A stretch of 64,000 bases of DNA from Clostridia bacterium (GTDB taxonomy: Bacteria > Bacillota > SHA-98 > UBA4971). Location of the stretch: assembly GCA_050261175.1 (NCBI GenBank), contig JBLNDA010000125.1, positions 10,343-74,342 on the forward strand. Direction: 5' to 3'. Positions 47,744 to 57,560 of this stretch are shown here, one piece after another. The notes under the pieces are model-generated. The model was not told the origin of the DNA, ran no database searches, and saw only the letters and a program-made list of their open reading frames with translations. Positions within the stretch are counted from its first letter, which is position 1; every line of letters begins with the position of its first letter. The translations under genes were made by a program, and so were the position numbers.

Positions 47744-48859
47744 GTGGGTTCAGACGACGCCCAGTTGAAGAAGACACCGTTTCACGATGTGCACGTGCGC
47801 CACGGTGCGCGAATGATCGAGTTCGGCGGCTGGCACATGCCCGTCCATTACCGGGGAATACTCGAGGAACACAGGAATGTCAGGGAGAAGGTGGGGCTGT
47901 TCGACCTGTCTCACATGGGTGAAATCGAGGTGAGCGGCCCAGACGCGCTGGCTCTTGTCCAGAAGGTTACCACGAACGACGCGTCCCGGCTCGAGGTCGG
48001 CCAGGTGCAGTACTCGGTCATGTGCTACCCTGACGGCGGTGCTGTGGACGACATCCTCGTTTGCAGGATGGAAGATCGTTATTACCTGGTGGTAAATGCT
48101 TCCAATGCGTCGAAAGATCTGGATTGGCTGAAGTCTCACGCCGCAGGGAACGTCGCAGTCACGGACCTCTCGGCGGAAACCGCGCTCCTCGCGATTCAGG
48201 GGCCTGACTCCGCGGCGGTGCTGGCGGAGCTTACTCGTGTGCCGCTGGACGAGCTTTACTACTACCACTTCACGCAAGGCGAGGTCGCCGGGGTGAACTG
48301 CATCATCTCGCGTACGGGGTACACGGGAGAAGACGGATTCGAGTTGTTCTTCAGCCCCTGCTACGCACAACACATGTGGGATGCCCTCATGGAAGCGGGG
48401 CGGAAGTTCGACATTGAGCCTGTCGGCCTCGGAGCGCGGGACACACTGAGGCTCGAGATGGGTTACGCGCTGTACGGCCACGAACTAGATCCCGGCACCA
48501 ACCCGCTGGAAGCGGGGCTCGGATGGGTCGTGGCCATGGACAAGGCGGGGTTCATCGGGAGGGACGCGCTCGCGGCGGCAAAGGCCAGGGGGCTCTCCCG
48601 GCGCCTCACAGGTTTCAAACTGCTGGAGAGGGGCGTGCCGAGGGCACACTGTGAGGTGGCGAAGGACGGCAAGGTCGTGGGCGAAACCACGAGCGGATCG
48701 CTCTCACCCTCCCTGGGCGTGGGCATAGGGATGTGCTTCGTGCCGCCCGAAATGGCGAAGCCTGGAACGCGCTTCGACGTTGTGATCCGGGGCAAAGGGG
48801 TCCCCGCCGAAGCTGTCAGGCCCCCCTTCGTAAGGCCGCGCGTTCGCAAGGCGAAGTAA
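47744..48859 (+). CDS. gcvT: Glycine cleavage system aminomethyltransferase T
   Basis: LKKTPFHDVHVRHGARMIEFGGWHMPVHY...FDLSHMGEIEVSG...ISRTGYTGEDGFELF. The GTG at 47744 follows GGAGG. The ORF-track start at 47603 lies inside the riboswitch. Confidence 0.93.
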   Translation: MGSDDAQLKKTPFHDVHVRHGARMIEFGGWHMPVHYRGILEEHRNVREKVGLFDLSHMGEIEVSGPDALALVQKVTTNDASRLEVGQVQYSVMCYPDGGAVDDILVCRMEDRYYLVVNASNASKDLDWLKSHAAGNVAVTDLSAETALLAIQGPDSAAVLAELTRVPLDELYYYHFTQGEVAGVNCIISRTGYTGEDGFELFFSPCYAQHMWDALMEAGRKFDIEPVGLGARDTLRLEMGYALYGHELDPGTNPLEAGLGWVVAMDKAGFIGRDALAAAKARGLSRRLTGFKLLERGVPRAHCEVAKDGKVVGETTSGSLSPSLGVGIGMCFVPPEMAKPGTRFDVVIRGKGVPAEAVRPPFVRPRVRKAK

Positions 48860-48927
48860 GCCCGGGAGCGGGTCGCCGCCAGCGGCTACGGACGGCGGCG
48901 GCAAGGCGGGCATGCGCGGACTTGATG

Positions 48928-48943
48928 TGTTTCACGTGGAACG
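48928..48943. promoter_or_regulatory. parS: parS-like site in the gcvT-gcvH spacer (TGTTTCACGTGGAACG)
   Basis: 15 of 16 positions are identical to the parS inside spo0J (17608-17623). Confidence 0.55.
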
Positions 48944-49072
48944 AAAATACATTCCTGGGCGGCGCTGTCCAGCCAAGTGCGCAGACGGCCTCTCCCCGCC
49001 GCCGGCGAGGGAGACATGTCACAGGGAGGAAACAGACAAGCAACCGGCGATTTCGGAAGGAGGATGAGAAGG

Positions 49073-49465
49073 ATGTATCCCCAGGACCTGAAGTACACCG
49101 AAAAGCACGAGTGGGTTCGGGTGGAGGGTCGCCTTGCGACCGTGGGTATCACCTCCTATGCCCAGGAGCAGCTGGGCGCGATCGTGGGAGTCGGACTCCC
49201 GGAAGAGGGGGCTGTGGTGAAGCAGCGCACCCCGCTGGCGGACCTCGACTCGATGAAGACCGCCGATCAGGTGTTCGCCCCCGTGAGCGGCAAGGTTTCC
49301 AAGGTCAACCGGGCGCTGGAGGAGCACCCTGAGCGCATCAACGACGATCCCTACGGGGATGGGTGGGTGGCGGTCATCGAGATGGACGATCTGAGCGAGC
49401 TGGACGGCCTCATGAGCGCCGCGGAGTACGAAGCCTTCGTTGCCGAGGAGGCGAGCAAAGGATGA
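49073..49465 (+). CDS. gcvH: Glycine cleavage system H protein
   Basis: MYPQDLKYTEKHEWVRVEG...VGITSYAQEQLGAIV...LDSMKTADQVFAPVSGKV (lipoyl-Lys motif)...DPYGDGW. Confidence 0.93.
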   Translation: MYPQDLKYTEKHEWVRVEGRLATVGITSYAQEQLGAIVGVGLPEEGAVVKQRTPLADLDSMKTADQVFAPVSGKVSKVNRALEEHPERINDDPYGDGWVAVIEMDDLSELDGLMSAAEYEAFVAEEASKG

Positions 49466-50802
49466 ACTACGTGCCCCACACCGACCGGGACCGTAGTGAA
49501 ATGCTCGCGCAGATCGGAGTCTCTAGCGTGGATGAGCTCTTCTCGGACATCCCGCGGGAGGTGAGACTCGGGAGAGACCTCCACCTGCCGAAAGCCATGT
49601 CCGAGTATGAACTTGCACGTCACATGGCGGCCCTTGCCGGCAAGAACACGACAACGGACGAGCTGGTGTCGTTCCTCGGAGCCGGGTCATACGACCATTT
49701 CGTGCCCAGCGTCGTGAGGCACATCGTCTCGCGCTCCGAGTTCTACACCGCTTACACTCCCTATCAAGCAGAGATAAGCCAAGGGATGCTCCAGGCCATC
49801 TTCGAGTACCAGACGCTCATGTGCCAGCTCACCGCGATGGACGTGAGCAACGCGTCTCTCTATGACGGGGCGACGGCGGTCGCGGAGGCGGCGGCGATGG
49901 CGTGCCGCCAAACCCGCCGTCAGCAGGTGGTGACCTCCGTCGCGGTGCACCCGGAGTACCGAGCCACGCTCAAGACCTACACCAGGAACCTGGGCATCGA
50001 CGTGGCAGAGGCCGGGATGCGCGACGGCTCCACCGATCTCGAGGAACTCGAGCGGCTCGTGTCTTCCACGACCGCTTGCGTGGTCCTGCAGAGCCCGAAC
50101 TTCCTCGGCTCGGTGGAGGCAATGGCCGCGGCCGCGGAGATCGCCCACAGGCACGGGGCGCTGTTCGTGGCGTGCGTCGACCCGATCTCCCTCGGCATCC
50201 TCGCCCCTCCCGGGGAATACGGGGCTGACATCGCCGTCGGCGAAGGCCAGGGGCTCGGCAGCGCGATGAGCTTCGGCGGACCGTATCTTGGGTTTCTCAC
50301 CTGCCGCCAGGAACTCATCAGGAACATGCCGGGACGCGTCGCGGGCGAGACCCGGGATTCCCAGGGGCGGCGGGGCTATATTCTGACTCTCCAGGCCAGG
50401 GAGCAGCATATCAGGAGGGAACGGGCGACGTCCAACATCTGTTCCAACGAGGCCCTCTCGGCCCTCGCCGCGGCGGTGTACCTCTCGTGGCTCGGGAAGG
50501 ACGGCACAAGAGAGGTCGCCGACCTCTGCCTGCAAAAGGCGCACTACGCCTTCGACAGGATCACAGCGATTCCCGGGTTCGCGCCGGCAAGCCCGGCTCC
50601 GTTCTTCAAGGAGTTCGCGGTGCGGATGCCGGTTCCGCCGGAGCAGGCGAACGCCGCCCTTCTGCGCTCGCGCGTCCTCGGCGGGCTGCCGCTCGGCCGG
50701 TACTACCCGGACCTTCACGATGTCATGCTCATCGCCGTGACGGAGAAGCGCACGAAAGATGAGATCGACTCACTCTGCCGCGCACTGGAGGGATTGACAT
50801 GA
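49462..50802 (+). CDS. gcvPA: Glycine dehydrogenase (decarboxylating) subunit 1
   Basis: [20 protein letters not shown]...[15 protein letters not shown]...[25 protein letters not shown] overlap with gcvH. Confidence 0.92.
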   Translation: MNYVPHTDRDRSEMLAQIGVSSVDELFSDIPREVRLGRDLHLPKAMSEYELARHMAALAGKNTTTDELVSFLGAGSYDHFVPSVVRHIVSRSEFYTAYTPYQAEISQGMLQAIFEYQTLMCQLTAMDVSNASLYDGATAVAEAAAMACRQTRRQQVVTSVAVHPEYRATLKTYTRNLGIDVAEAGMRDGSTDLEELERLVSSTTACVVLQSPNFLGSVEAMAAAAEIAHRHGALFVACVDPISLGILAPPGEYGADIAVGEGQGLGSAMSFGGPYLGFLTCRQELIRNMPGRVAGETRDSQGRRGYILTLQAREQHIRRERATSNICSNEALSALAAAVYLSWLGKDGTREVADLCLQKAHYAFDRITAIPGFAPASPAPFFKEFAVRMPVPPEQANAALLRSRVLGGLPLGRYYPDLHDVMLIAVTEKRTKDEIDSLCRALEGLT

Positions 50803-52274
50803 CCATGCCGCTCATCTTCGAACGGAGCGAGGCCGGCAGGAAAGCATACTCGTTGCCTCAGTGCGACGTCCCCCGGAAGGATCCCGCCGGGGTTCTCCCC
50901 GACTGGGCGCTCCGCAAGAGCGCCGCTTCCTTGCCGGAGGTAAGCGAAGTCGACCTCGTGCGCCACTATACGAACCTTTCCAAGCGCAACCACGGTGTTG
51001 ACGTGGGGTTCTATCCGCTCGGCTCGTGCACGATGAAGTACAACCCCAAGGTCAACGAGGACGCCGCGGCCCTTCCGGGGTTCACCAACCTCCACCCTTA
51101 CCAGCCGGAGGAGCTCGTCCAGGGGGCCCTTGAGCTCATGTACGAGCTCGCGCGGTATCTGTGCGAGATCGGAGGCATGGACGAAGCCACGCTCCAGCCG
51201 GCAGCGGGTGCTCACGGCGAACTCACGGGGCTCATGATCATCAAGGCGTACCACGAGAGCCGCGGGGATGGCGCGAAGCGCACGAAGGTGATAGTCCCCG
51301 ACTCCGCGCACGGCACGAACCCTGCGAGCGCCGCGTTCTGCGGGTACCAAGTGGTCGAGGTGAAGTCGGACGAGCGCGGAGGAGTGGACCTGGATTCGTT
51401 GCGGGCGGTGATGTCCGACGAAGCTGCCGCTCTCATGCTCACGAACCCCAACACCCTCGGTCTCTTCGACGAGAACATCGTGGAGATCGCGAAGATCGTG
51501 CACGATGCGGGCGGCCTTCTCTACTATGACGGGGCCAACATGAACGCCATCATGGGCATCGCGCGGCCCGGAGACATGGGGTTCGACGTGCTCCACTTCA
51601 ACCTCCACAAGACGTTCTCCACGCCCCACGGTGGCGGGGGACCGGGGTCAGGCCCGGTGGCGGTGAAGAAGGCGCTCGCCCCCTTCCTGCCCGTCCCGGT
51701 GGTGGAGAAGAGGGACGGCAAGTTCGTTCTCGACTACGACAGGCCCCGGTCCATCGGGAAGGTCAAGGCCTTCTATGGGAACTTCAACGTCATGGTGAAA
51801 GCCTACGCATACATTAGAGCGCTTGGCGCAGAGGGCTTGCGTGAGGCGAGCGAGAACGCGGTCCTCAACGCGAACTACCTCATGAGGAGACTTGCGCCCT
51901 ACTACCACCTGCCGTATGATCGACACTGCAAGCACGAATTCGTTCTCTCAGCGGCGTATCAGCTGGCGGCCGGGGTTCACACCGCGGACATAGCCAAGAT
52001 GCTCTTGGACTACGGGTTCCACGCGCCGACTGTCTACTTCCCGCTCATCGTGAAGGAAGCCATCATGGTGGAACCCACCGAGACGGAGTCCAAGGACACG
52101 CTGGACTCGTTCGTGAACGCCATGACAGAGATTGCGAAGCTTGCGGAGAAGGATCCGGAAACCTTGCACTCAGCACCGCACAAGATGGTGGTCGGAAGGC
52201 TTGACGATGTCACCGCGGCGCGCAGGCCCGTGCTGCGCTGGAGACCGCACGACCAAGGGGAGCCGCAGGAGTAA
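50799..52274 (+). CDS. gcvPB: Glycine dehydrogenase (decarboxylating) subunit 2
   Basis: [17 protein letters not shown]...[10 protein letters not shown]...[18 protein letters not shown] (PLP lysine). ATGA overlap with gcvPA. Confidence 0.93.
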   Translation: MTMPLIFERSEAGRKAYSLPQCDVPRKDPAGVLPDWALRKSAASLPEVSEVDLVRHYTNLSKRNHGVDVGFYPLGSCTMKYNPKVNEDAAALPGFTNLHPYQPEELVQGALELMYELARYLCEIGGMDEATLQPAAGAHGELTGLMIIKAYHESRGDGAKRTKVIVPDSAHGTNPASAAFCGYQVVEVKSDERGGVDLDSLRAVMSDEAAALMLTNPNTLGLFDENIVEIAKIVHDAGGLLYYDGANMNAIMGIARPGDMGFDVLHFNLHKTFSTPHGGGGPGSGPVAVKKALAPFLPVPVVEKRDGKFVLDYDRPRSIGKVKAFYGNFNVMVKAYAYIRALGAEGLREASENAVLNANYLMRRLAPYYHLPYDRHCKHEFVLSAAYQLAAGVHTADIAKMLLDYGFHAPTVYFPLIVKEAIMVEPTETESKDTLDSFVNAMTEIAKLAEKDPETLHSAPHKMVVGRLDDVTAARRPVLRWRPHDQGEPQE

Positions 52275-52389
52275 GGAGGCGCCGCCGGTTCACAAGAGCG
52301 GGCCGGGTGAAGGCTCAGAAAACCAGCCATCACCCAATCGCCGGAAGACAGACGAGGACGCCCGCCTGCCCACACCAGTTGCGTGGGAG

Positions 52390-53310
52390 ATGGCGGAAAC
52401 ATGGACAGGAATGAGGCACTTGAGAAGAGAACACGACCCGGCCTCGCCTTCGCTCGAGGCGCTTCTGGACAGGGCGTGGGACCTCAGACGGTCGGCTTTC
52501 GGGCAGGAGATAGAGTGGGTGAACCCGGTGCGAACCGCCGTGCTGAGCGTCACCGGGGGCGCGTGCGAACTGGGGTGCGCCCACTGCGGCGGCCACTACC
52601 TGAAGCACATGCTCCCCATCGGGAGGTGGCGGGAGCTCGTGTCCGCGGAGCGAGTCTCGAGCTGCCTGGTGAGCGGGGGCTGCGACAGGCGAGGCAGAGT
52701 ACCGGTGACGGCGCACATCGATACCATCAGGGAGCTCGGCGCGAGTTGCAGGCTCAACCTCCACCTCGGACTCGCGCACGAGGAGGACGTGGTAGAGCTT
52801 GCCCCGCTCAGCCCAGTGGTATCGTTCGATCTTGTGGCGGATGACGCGACGATCCAAGAGGTGTACGGCCTCGACGCGTCGGCGGGGGACTTTCTTTCAA
52901 CCTACGCCATGTTGCGGCGCCACGTGCGGGTGGTGCCGCACATCTGCATCGGGCTCCGGGGCGGTGAGCCTTCGGGCGAGGTCGAAGCGCTCCGCGCTCT
53001 CGCGCGTCTCGGCGTGGAGGCCATTATATTCATCGTCTTCACTCCCACCCCAGGGACGTCGTACGAGTCCCACGAGCCGCCTGACCCCGAGTTTGCCGCG
53101 AGGGTCATGGCCCAAGCCCGGGTTATGTTCCCCGCGACGCCCATATACCTGGGATGCATGCGCCCGAGGGGCAGCTACCGCGACATCCTCGACAAGCTTG
53201 CGGTTCGCGCGGGCGTCAACAGGATAGTGGCACCGTCCCCGGCGGCGAGGGAGGTAGCGGAGGCGCTCGGGCTTTCCGCAGGGTGGCGAGAGGAGTGCTG
53301 CGCGTTTTGA
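52390..53310 (+). CDS. Radical SAM protein, LipS1/LipS2-type candidate (first of pair)
   Basis: CELGCAHC (CX3CX2C) in ...LSVTGGACELGCAHCGGHYL, with further conserved Cys residues (CLVSGGC, GCMRPRG) and a C-terminal ...REECCAF. The start is placed at the ATG at 52390; the ORF-track start at 52132 overlaps gcvPB. Confidence 0.6.
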   Translation: MAETWTGMRHLRREHDPASPSLEALLDRAWDLRRSAFGQEIEWVNPVRTAVLSVTGGACELGCAHCGGHYLKHMLPIGRWRELVSAERVSSCLVSGGCDRRGRVPVTAHIDTIRELGASCRLNLHLGLAHEEDVVELAPLSPVVSFDLVADDATIQEVYGLDASAGDFLSTYAMLRRHVRVVPHICIGLRGGEPSGEVEALRALARLGVEAIIFIVFTPTPGTSYESHEPPDPEFAARVMAQARVMFPATPIYLGCMRPRGSYRDILDKLAVRAGVNRIVAPSPAAREVAEALGLSAGWREECCAF

Positions 53311-54299
53311 ACGACAAGATCAGGGTGTCAACGGGGAGCGCCGCAGTGCTGGGCCTTCTCAACGCCCGTCTCGACGATGCGCCTACCACGGTGTACCTCT
53401 TGACAGGCGGCCGGTGCGCCGCGGACTGCGCTTTCTGCCCCCAGGCGAGGACGAGCGCCTCCCCGGACGGCCTCCTGTCACGGGTTGTCTGGCCCGAGTT
53501 CGAGGTGGGGCGGGTCCTTGAAGCGCTTGAAGCGCTTGCCGCCCGGCGTCTATCCACCTTGAAGCGCGTGTGCGTCCAGGTTACGCGCACTCCCGGAGCC
53601 CGGCGCATGCTTCGACGGCTCATCCCTGCTCTCGACGCCGTCCGCCGCGACGGAGACGGGCGGTTCCGGATATCCATTTCCCATCACCCATCCGCCGTGG
53701 ACGAGGTGGAGGAAGTGCTGGCTCTTGGAGCGGACGCGATCGGGATCGCCCTGGACGCGGCTTGTGCGGATATTCACTCGAGGACCAAGCCGGGGTCGTG
53801 GCAGGGGACGGTCTTTCTGCTCGAGGAGGCCGCGCGCCTCTTCCCGGGAAGGATCAGCACTCACCTCATCGTGGGCCTGGGCGAAACCGAGGAGGACCTT
53901 GTGCGTGTGATGCGGCGCCTCGCGGACAGCGGCATCACCATCGGCCTTTTCGCGTTCACTCCGGTGAGGGGCACGGCGATGGAGGGAGTTCCGCAGCCTC
54001 CCATCGACACCTACCGCCGCGTGCAGCTGGCCCGGCACATCATTGTGAACAGGCTCTGGGACGCAGAGGAGTTCACCTTCAGCAACGGGCGGATCGCCGG
54101 CTTCGGCGTGAACCGCGAGAGGCTGCTCGAGATCGCCCTCACAGGCACGCCGTTCGAGACATCGGGCTGTCCCGGTTGCAACAGGCCGTACTACAACGAA
54201 CGGCCGGGTGGCACGATGTACAACTACCCCAGGCCGCTCACCCGTGCTGAGGCAGAGAGAGCGCTGCGCGAGGCGGGGTTGTCGAAAGACTGTCTTTGA
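53295..54299 (+). CDS. Radical SAM protein, LipS1/LipS2-type candidate (second of pair)
   Basis: LLTGGRCAADCAFCPQ (CX3CX2C) and a C-terminal ...FETSGCPGCNRPYYNERPGG. The start is uncertain (GTG 53295 or TTG 53307). It overlaps the preceding stop at 53310. Confidence 0.6.
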   Translation: MLRVLNDKIRVSTGSAAVLGLLNARLDDAPTTVYLLTGGRCAADCAFCPQARTSASPDGLLSRVVWPEFEVGRVLEALEALAARRLSTLKRVCVQVTRTPGARRMLRRLIPALDAVRRDGDGRFRISISHHPSAVDEVEEVLALGADAIGIALDAACADIHSRTKPGSWQGTVFLLEEAARLFPGRISTHLIVGLGETEEDLVRVMRRLADSGITIGLFAFTPVRGTAMEGVPQPPIDTYRRVQLARHIIVNRLWDAEEFTFSNGRIAGFGVNRERLLEIALTGTPFETSGCPGCNRPYYNERPGGTMYNYPRPLTRAEAERALREAGLSKDCL

Positions 54300-54320
54300 T
54301 GAAGGATTTGATGAGGGGCT

Positions 54321-55208
54321 GTGAGGGATCGCAGAATGCACTGGAGGCTCCTTCGTACGGGACACAAGTACGGAGCATGGAACATGGCTGTGGACGAGGC
54401 GGTGATGGTCCACGTGGCGAAGGGCCTCTCCCCGCCCACCTTCAGGCTCTTCGAGTGGGATCCTCCGAGCCTCTCCCTCGGCCGCGTGCAGTCCTTCGAA
54501 AGAGACGTTGACGCTGAAGCGTGCGAGAGCCTCGGAGTCGACGTGGTGCGCCGGCCAACGGGAGGCAGGGCTGTGCTGCACGATGTCGAAGTCACGTACA
54601 GTCTCATCATGAGCGAAGAAGACCCCGCGCTTCCGCGGGACATGGGGGCGTCGTTCAGCCTCGCGACGCAGGGGATCATAAGGGGTCTGCGACTTCTCGG
54701 GGTCGAAGCGCAGATTCGCGGGCGCGACGAAAACGACAAGCCGGGCCGGACCGCCGCCTCGGGAGCGGGTGATGACGCAGCCGGAGCCCTACGCACAGGG
54801 GCGTGTTTCGACTCGCCGTCCTGGTACGAGGTGGTCTCCGGCGGACGGAAACTGGTGGGCAGCGCCCAGGCGCGGCTCATGGGCGTGTTTCTCCAGCACG
54901 GGTCCATTCTCATCGAACTCGACGCCGACAAGCTCTGCAGGCTCCTGAAGTTCGCCTCAGACGAGGAAAGGGCCGCAGCCGTGAACCACCTCCGGTCCCA
55001 TGCGACCTCGATCTCTGAGATCCTGGGCCGCCCGGTGGGTTTCCGAGAGGTCGAAGACGCGATCATCGCGGGGATGAGCTCTCACATCGCCCCGATTGAG
55101 CTGGTGGAGGGGGAGATCTCCGGGGATGAGCTTGCCCTGGCAAGCACCCTTATTTCCCGGAAATACGGGTCGTCGTCGTGGACGTTGCACCGCAGGGCGG
55201 AGGTCTAG
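54321..55208 (+). CDS. LipM/LplA-family octanoyl/lipoyl transferase (BPL_LplA_LipB domain)
   Basis: GAWNMAVDEAVMVHVAKGLSPPTFRLFEWDPPSLSLGRVQS...VDVVRRPTGGRAVLHDVEVTYSLIM...KLVGSAQARLMGVFLQHGSILI. Confidence 0.8.
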   Translation: MRDRRMHWRLLRTGHKYGAWNMAVDEAVMVHVAKGLSPPTFRLFEWDPPSLSLGRVQSFERDVDAEACESLGVDVVRRPTGGRAVLHDVEVTYSLIMSEEDPALPRDMGASFSLATQGIIRGLRLLGVEAQIRGRDENDKPGRTAASGAGDDAAGALRTGACFDSPSWYEVVSGGRKLVGSAQARLMGVFLQHGSILIELDADKLCRLLKFASDEERAAAVNHLRSHATSISEILGRPVGFREVEDAIIAGMSSHIAPIELVEGEISGDELALASTLISRKYGSSSWTLHRRAEV

Positions 55209-55350
55209 GAGGCGGAGGCTGGACCGGGGGGCCGGGGAATGAAGAGCTTCCCTGGCTCGAGGTTGGCTCAAAGCTGGGTCAAGGCTGGGTCCTGGGTCGG
55301 GATATGGAGTCTTGTGGCTGGTCTGCGGACCGGGATAGGAGGCCTGTGAA

Positions 55351-56724
55351 ATGGTTTCGAGAACGGCTTCGGGTGAGAGTCGGACATCCGTTGGGAGAGA
55401 CGGTCTGCGCCGTGACGCCCTCGGGATCCTCAACGAGGCCCTCGTCGCGGTCGACCCTTACGAGGCTGTGAAGAGCCACATTCACCGGAAGGGCGACACC
55501 TTGGAAGTGGGCGGGAGATCGTACGACCTCGCACGGATCGAGCGTATCTTCGTGGTGGGCGCCGGGAAGGCAAGCGCGCGAATGGCCCTCGCCGTGGAGG
55601 AGGTCTTGGAGGACCGTGTCACGGCGGGTCTCGTAAACGTCAAGTACGGCCACGCGGAGACTCTGAAGAAGGTCCGCGTCCGGGAAGCGGCACACCCTGT
55701 GCCCGACGCCGCGGGCCTCGAGGGCGCACGCGAGATGCTCGACCTCGCGCGCGAGGCCGGAGTAAACGACCTCGTGATCTGCCTGATCTCAGGTGGTGGC
55801 TCGAGCCTCATGCCGCTTCCCGCCCCAGGCATCGAGCTTTTGGACAAGCAAGGGACGACGCAGGCCTTGCTGAGCTGCGGCGCCACGATTCACGAGATGA
55901 ACGCGGTCAGGAAACACATCTCCCTGGTAAAAGGGGGCGGTTTGGCCCGGGCCGCCGCACCTGCCCAGGTGGTTTCGCTCATCCTTTCCGACGTCATCGG
56001 GGACGATCTCGACGTCATCGCGTCAGGCCCAACCGTGCCGGATACGAGCACGTTCTCCGGGGCCTGGGAGGTCCTCGAGCGCCACGGAGTACTGGATCGC
56101 ATCCCCGGCGCCGTGAGGCGCCGTCTCGAGGCGGGCGCGCGGGGCGAGGTTCCCGAGACGCCGAAGCCGGGAGATCCTCTCTTCAGGAACGTAGCCAACA
56201 TCATCGTTGCGAGCAACGCCATAGCAGTTGACGCCGCGGCGCGGGCTGCGGAAGAGCTGGGGTACCATCCCCTTGTGCTGTCGTCGTGCATACAGGGGGA
56301 AGCAAGGGAGGTCGGGCGCGTGATGGCCGCGATCGCGCGCGAGGTCTCGACGAGCGACCGGCCTGTGGCGAAACCCGCCTGTGTGCTCGCCGGTGGTGAA
56401 ACCACCGTGACGCTCCGGGGGACGGGGCTTGGTGGGCGGAATCAGGAGCTTGCCCTGGCGGCCGCCCTCGATATCGAGGGCCTGCCGGACGTGCTCGTGC
56501 TGGCTGCGGGCACCGACGGGACCGACGGCCCGACTGACGCGGCGGGCGCCATGGCGTTCGGCGACACCGTGACACGGGCGCGTGAGGCGGGGATGTCTCC
56601 CCGCGCCTATCTGGAGAACAATGACTCGTACCGCTTCTTCAAAGCTTTGGGGGACCTCGTTGTAACAGGTCCTACGCGCACCAACGTGATGGATCTTCTG
56701 CTCATCCTGGCTGGACCTAAGTGA
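55351..56724 (+). CDS. Glycerate 2-kinase / hydroxypyruvate reductase family (DUF4147 + MOFRL)
   Basis: ...FVVGAGKASARMALAVEEVL...LISGGGSSLMPLP...LSDVIGDDLDVIASGPT...LAGGETTVTLRGTGLGGRNQELALAAAL...TDGTDGPTDAAGA. Confidence 0.85.
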   Translation: MVSRTASGESRTSVGRDGLRRDALGILNEALVAVDPYEAVKSHIHRKGDTLEVGGRSYDLARIERIFVVGAGKASARMALAVEEVLEDRVTAGLVNVKYGHAETLKKVRVREAAHPVPDAAGLEGAREMLDLAREAGVNDLVICLISGGGSSLMPLPAPGIELLDKQGTTQALLSCGATIHEMNAVRKHISLVKGGGLARAAAPAQVVSLILSDVIGDDLDVIASGPTVPDTSTFSGAWEVLERHGVLDRIPGAVRRRLEAGARGEVPETPKPGDPLFRNVANIIVASNAIAVDAAARAAEELGYHPLVLSSCIQGEAREVGRVMAAIAREVSTSDRPVAKPACVLAGGETTVTLRGTGLGGRNQELALAAALDIEGLPDVLVLAAGTDGTDGPTDAAGAMAFGDTVTRAREAGMSPRAYLENNDSYRFFKALGDLVVTGPTRTNVMDLLLILAGPK

Positions 56725-56754
56725 GGGTGCGCTAGTTCTTGTCCTCTTCCAGCA

Positions 56755-56804
56755 GTTGCTGGGTTGCCGGTGTTGCACTCTTTCTTTGGGTCACCGGCAA
56801 CCCC
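56755..56804. repeat. Mini-copy of the 23.2-kb structured element (termini only)
   Basis: GTTGCTGGGTTGCCGGTGTTGCAC...CACCGGCAACCCC matches the 5' end (AGTTGCTGGGCTGCCGGTGATTGCAC) and the 3' end (CACCGGCACCCCC) of copy 2. It has a 9-bp stem TTGCCGGTG/CACCGGCAA with a 19-nt loop, and lies between convergent genes. Confidence 0.55.
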
Positions 56805-56861
56805 TCCCAAGAGTCAGGAGGATTCTTGCATCCTCACTTAGCTGGGCGCGGCGCGGCGGAA

Positions 56862-57560
56862 CTACCCGGAGATCATGGCTATCCCCGCTGACGCAAAGTA
56901 GACCGCGAGGGCCACAAGGAAGCCTCCGCAGACGAGGAGCACGCCCCTGTACACGCGATCGCTAATTAGCCTCCTTCCGGTCACGATGATAAGGGAAACC
57001 AGGAGGTACCACGCGAAGTCGGAGCAGATGTGGCCCAGGTAGAAAGCGCCCGAGGCCGCGATCCCGCGCTGAAGGGCGAGTCCGACCGACGTTGCTCCGA
57101 TAGTGGCCCACCAGAGGGTCCAGTAAGGATTCGAGACCGTGGCAAACCCACCGGCCGCAAGGGAGCCCATGCGCGCGCGGGCCGTTGCTGACTCCAGGGC
57201 ACTGCCAGGACGAGAGCCACCGTTATCCGGGCCTGGGCGGTGCCCGTCGATAGCCGGAATCGCGGCGCCACCGTGCCACGCGGTCCTGATGATGCCGAAG
57301 GCCATCCACGCCAGCATTGCGCTCCCGGCAAGGCCGATGGTGCCGGCGACCGGCCGCCGGGCGAGGATGTCGCCGAGCCCGAAGGCGAACCCCGCAACAA
57401 CAAGGAGCTCGAGGATAGCGTGGCCGGTCACCGCGAGCACGCCGCCTGCAAGCCCCCGCCTGGATGTTTCGCTGATGTTCACTACAAGCAGGCTCCCGGG
57501 CATCATTGCCCCGGAGAGTCCAAGAACGAAAGCGCTTGCGAATATAGTCGCGAGGTTCAT
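56862..57560 (-). CDS. LysE/RhtB-family amino-acid exporter
   Basis: MNLATIFASAFVLGLSGAMMPGSLLVVNISETSRRG..., with about six TM segments. Confidence 0.75.
   Translation of the reverse strand: MNLATIFASAFVLGLSGAMMPGSLLVVNISETSRRGLAGGVLAVTGHAILELLVVAGFAFGLGDILARRPVAGTIGLAGSAMLAWMAFGIIRTAWHGGAAIPAIDGHRPGPDNGGSRPGSALESATARARMGSLAAGGFATVSNPYWTLWWATIGATSVGLALQRGIAASGAFYLGHICSDFAWYLLVSLIIVTGRRLISDRVYRGVLLVCGGFLVALAVYFASAGIAMISG

Noticed and set aside
55152-55164. ATTTCCCGGAAAT and ATTTCCCGGGAAAA (40302-40315) were considered as Noc-binding sites.
   Set aside because: The first lacks one central G, which breaks the 14-bp symmetry, and the second has a terminal mismatch. Both are inside coding regions. 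They are mentioned only as possible weak sites and not annotated as features.
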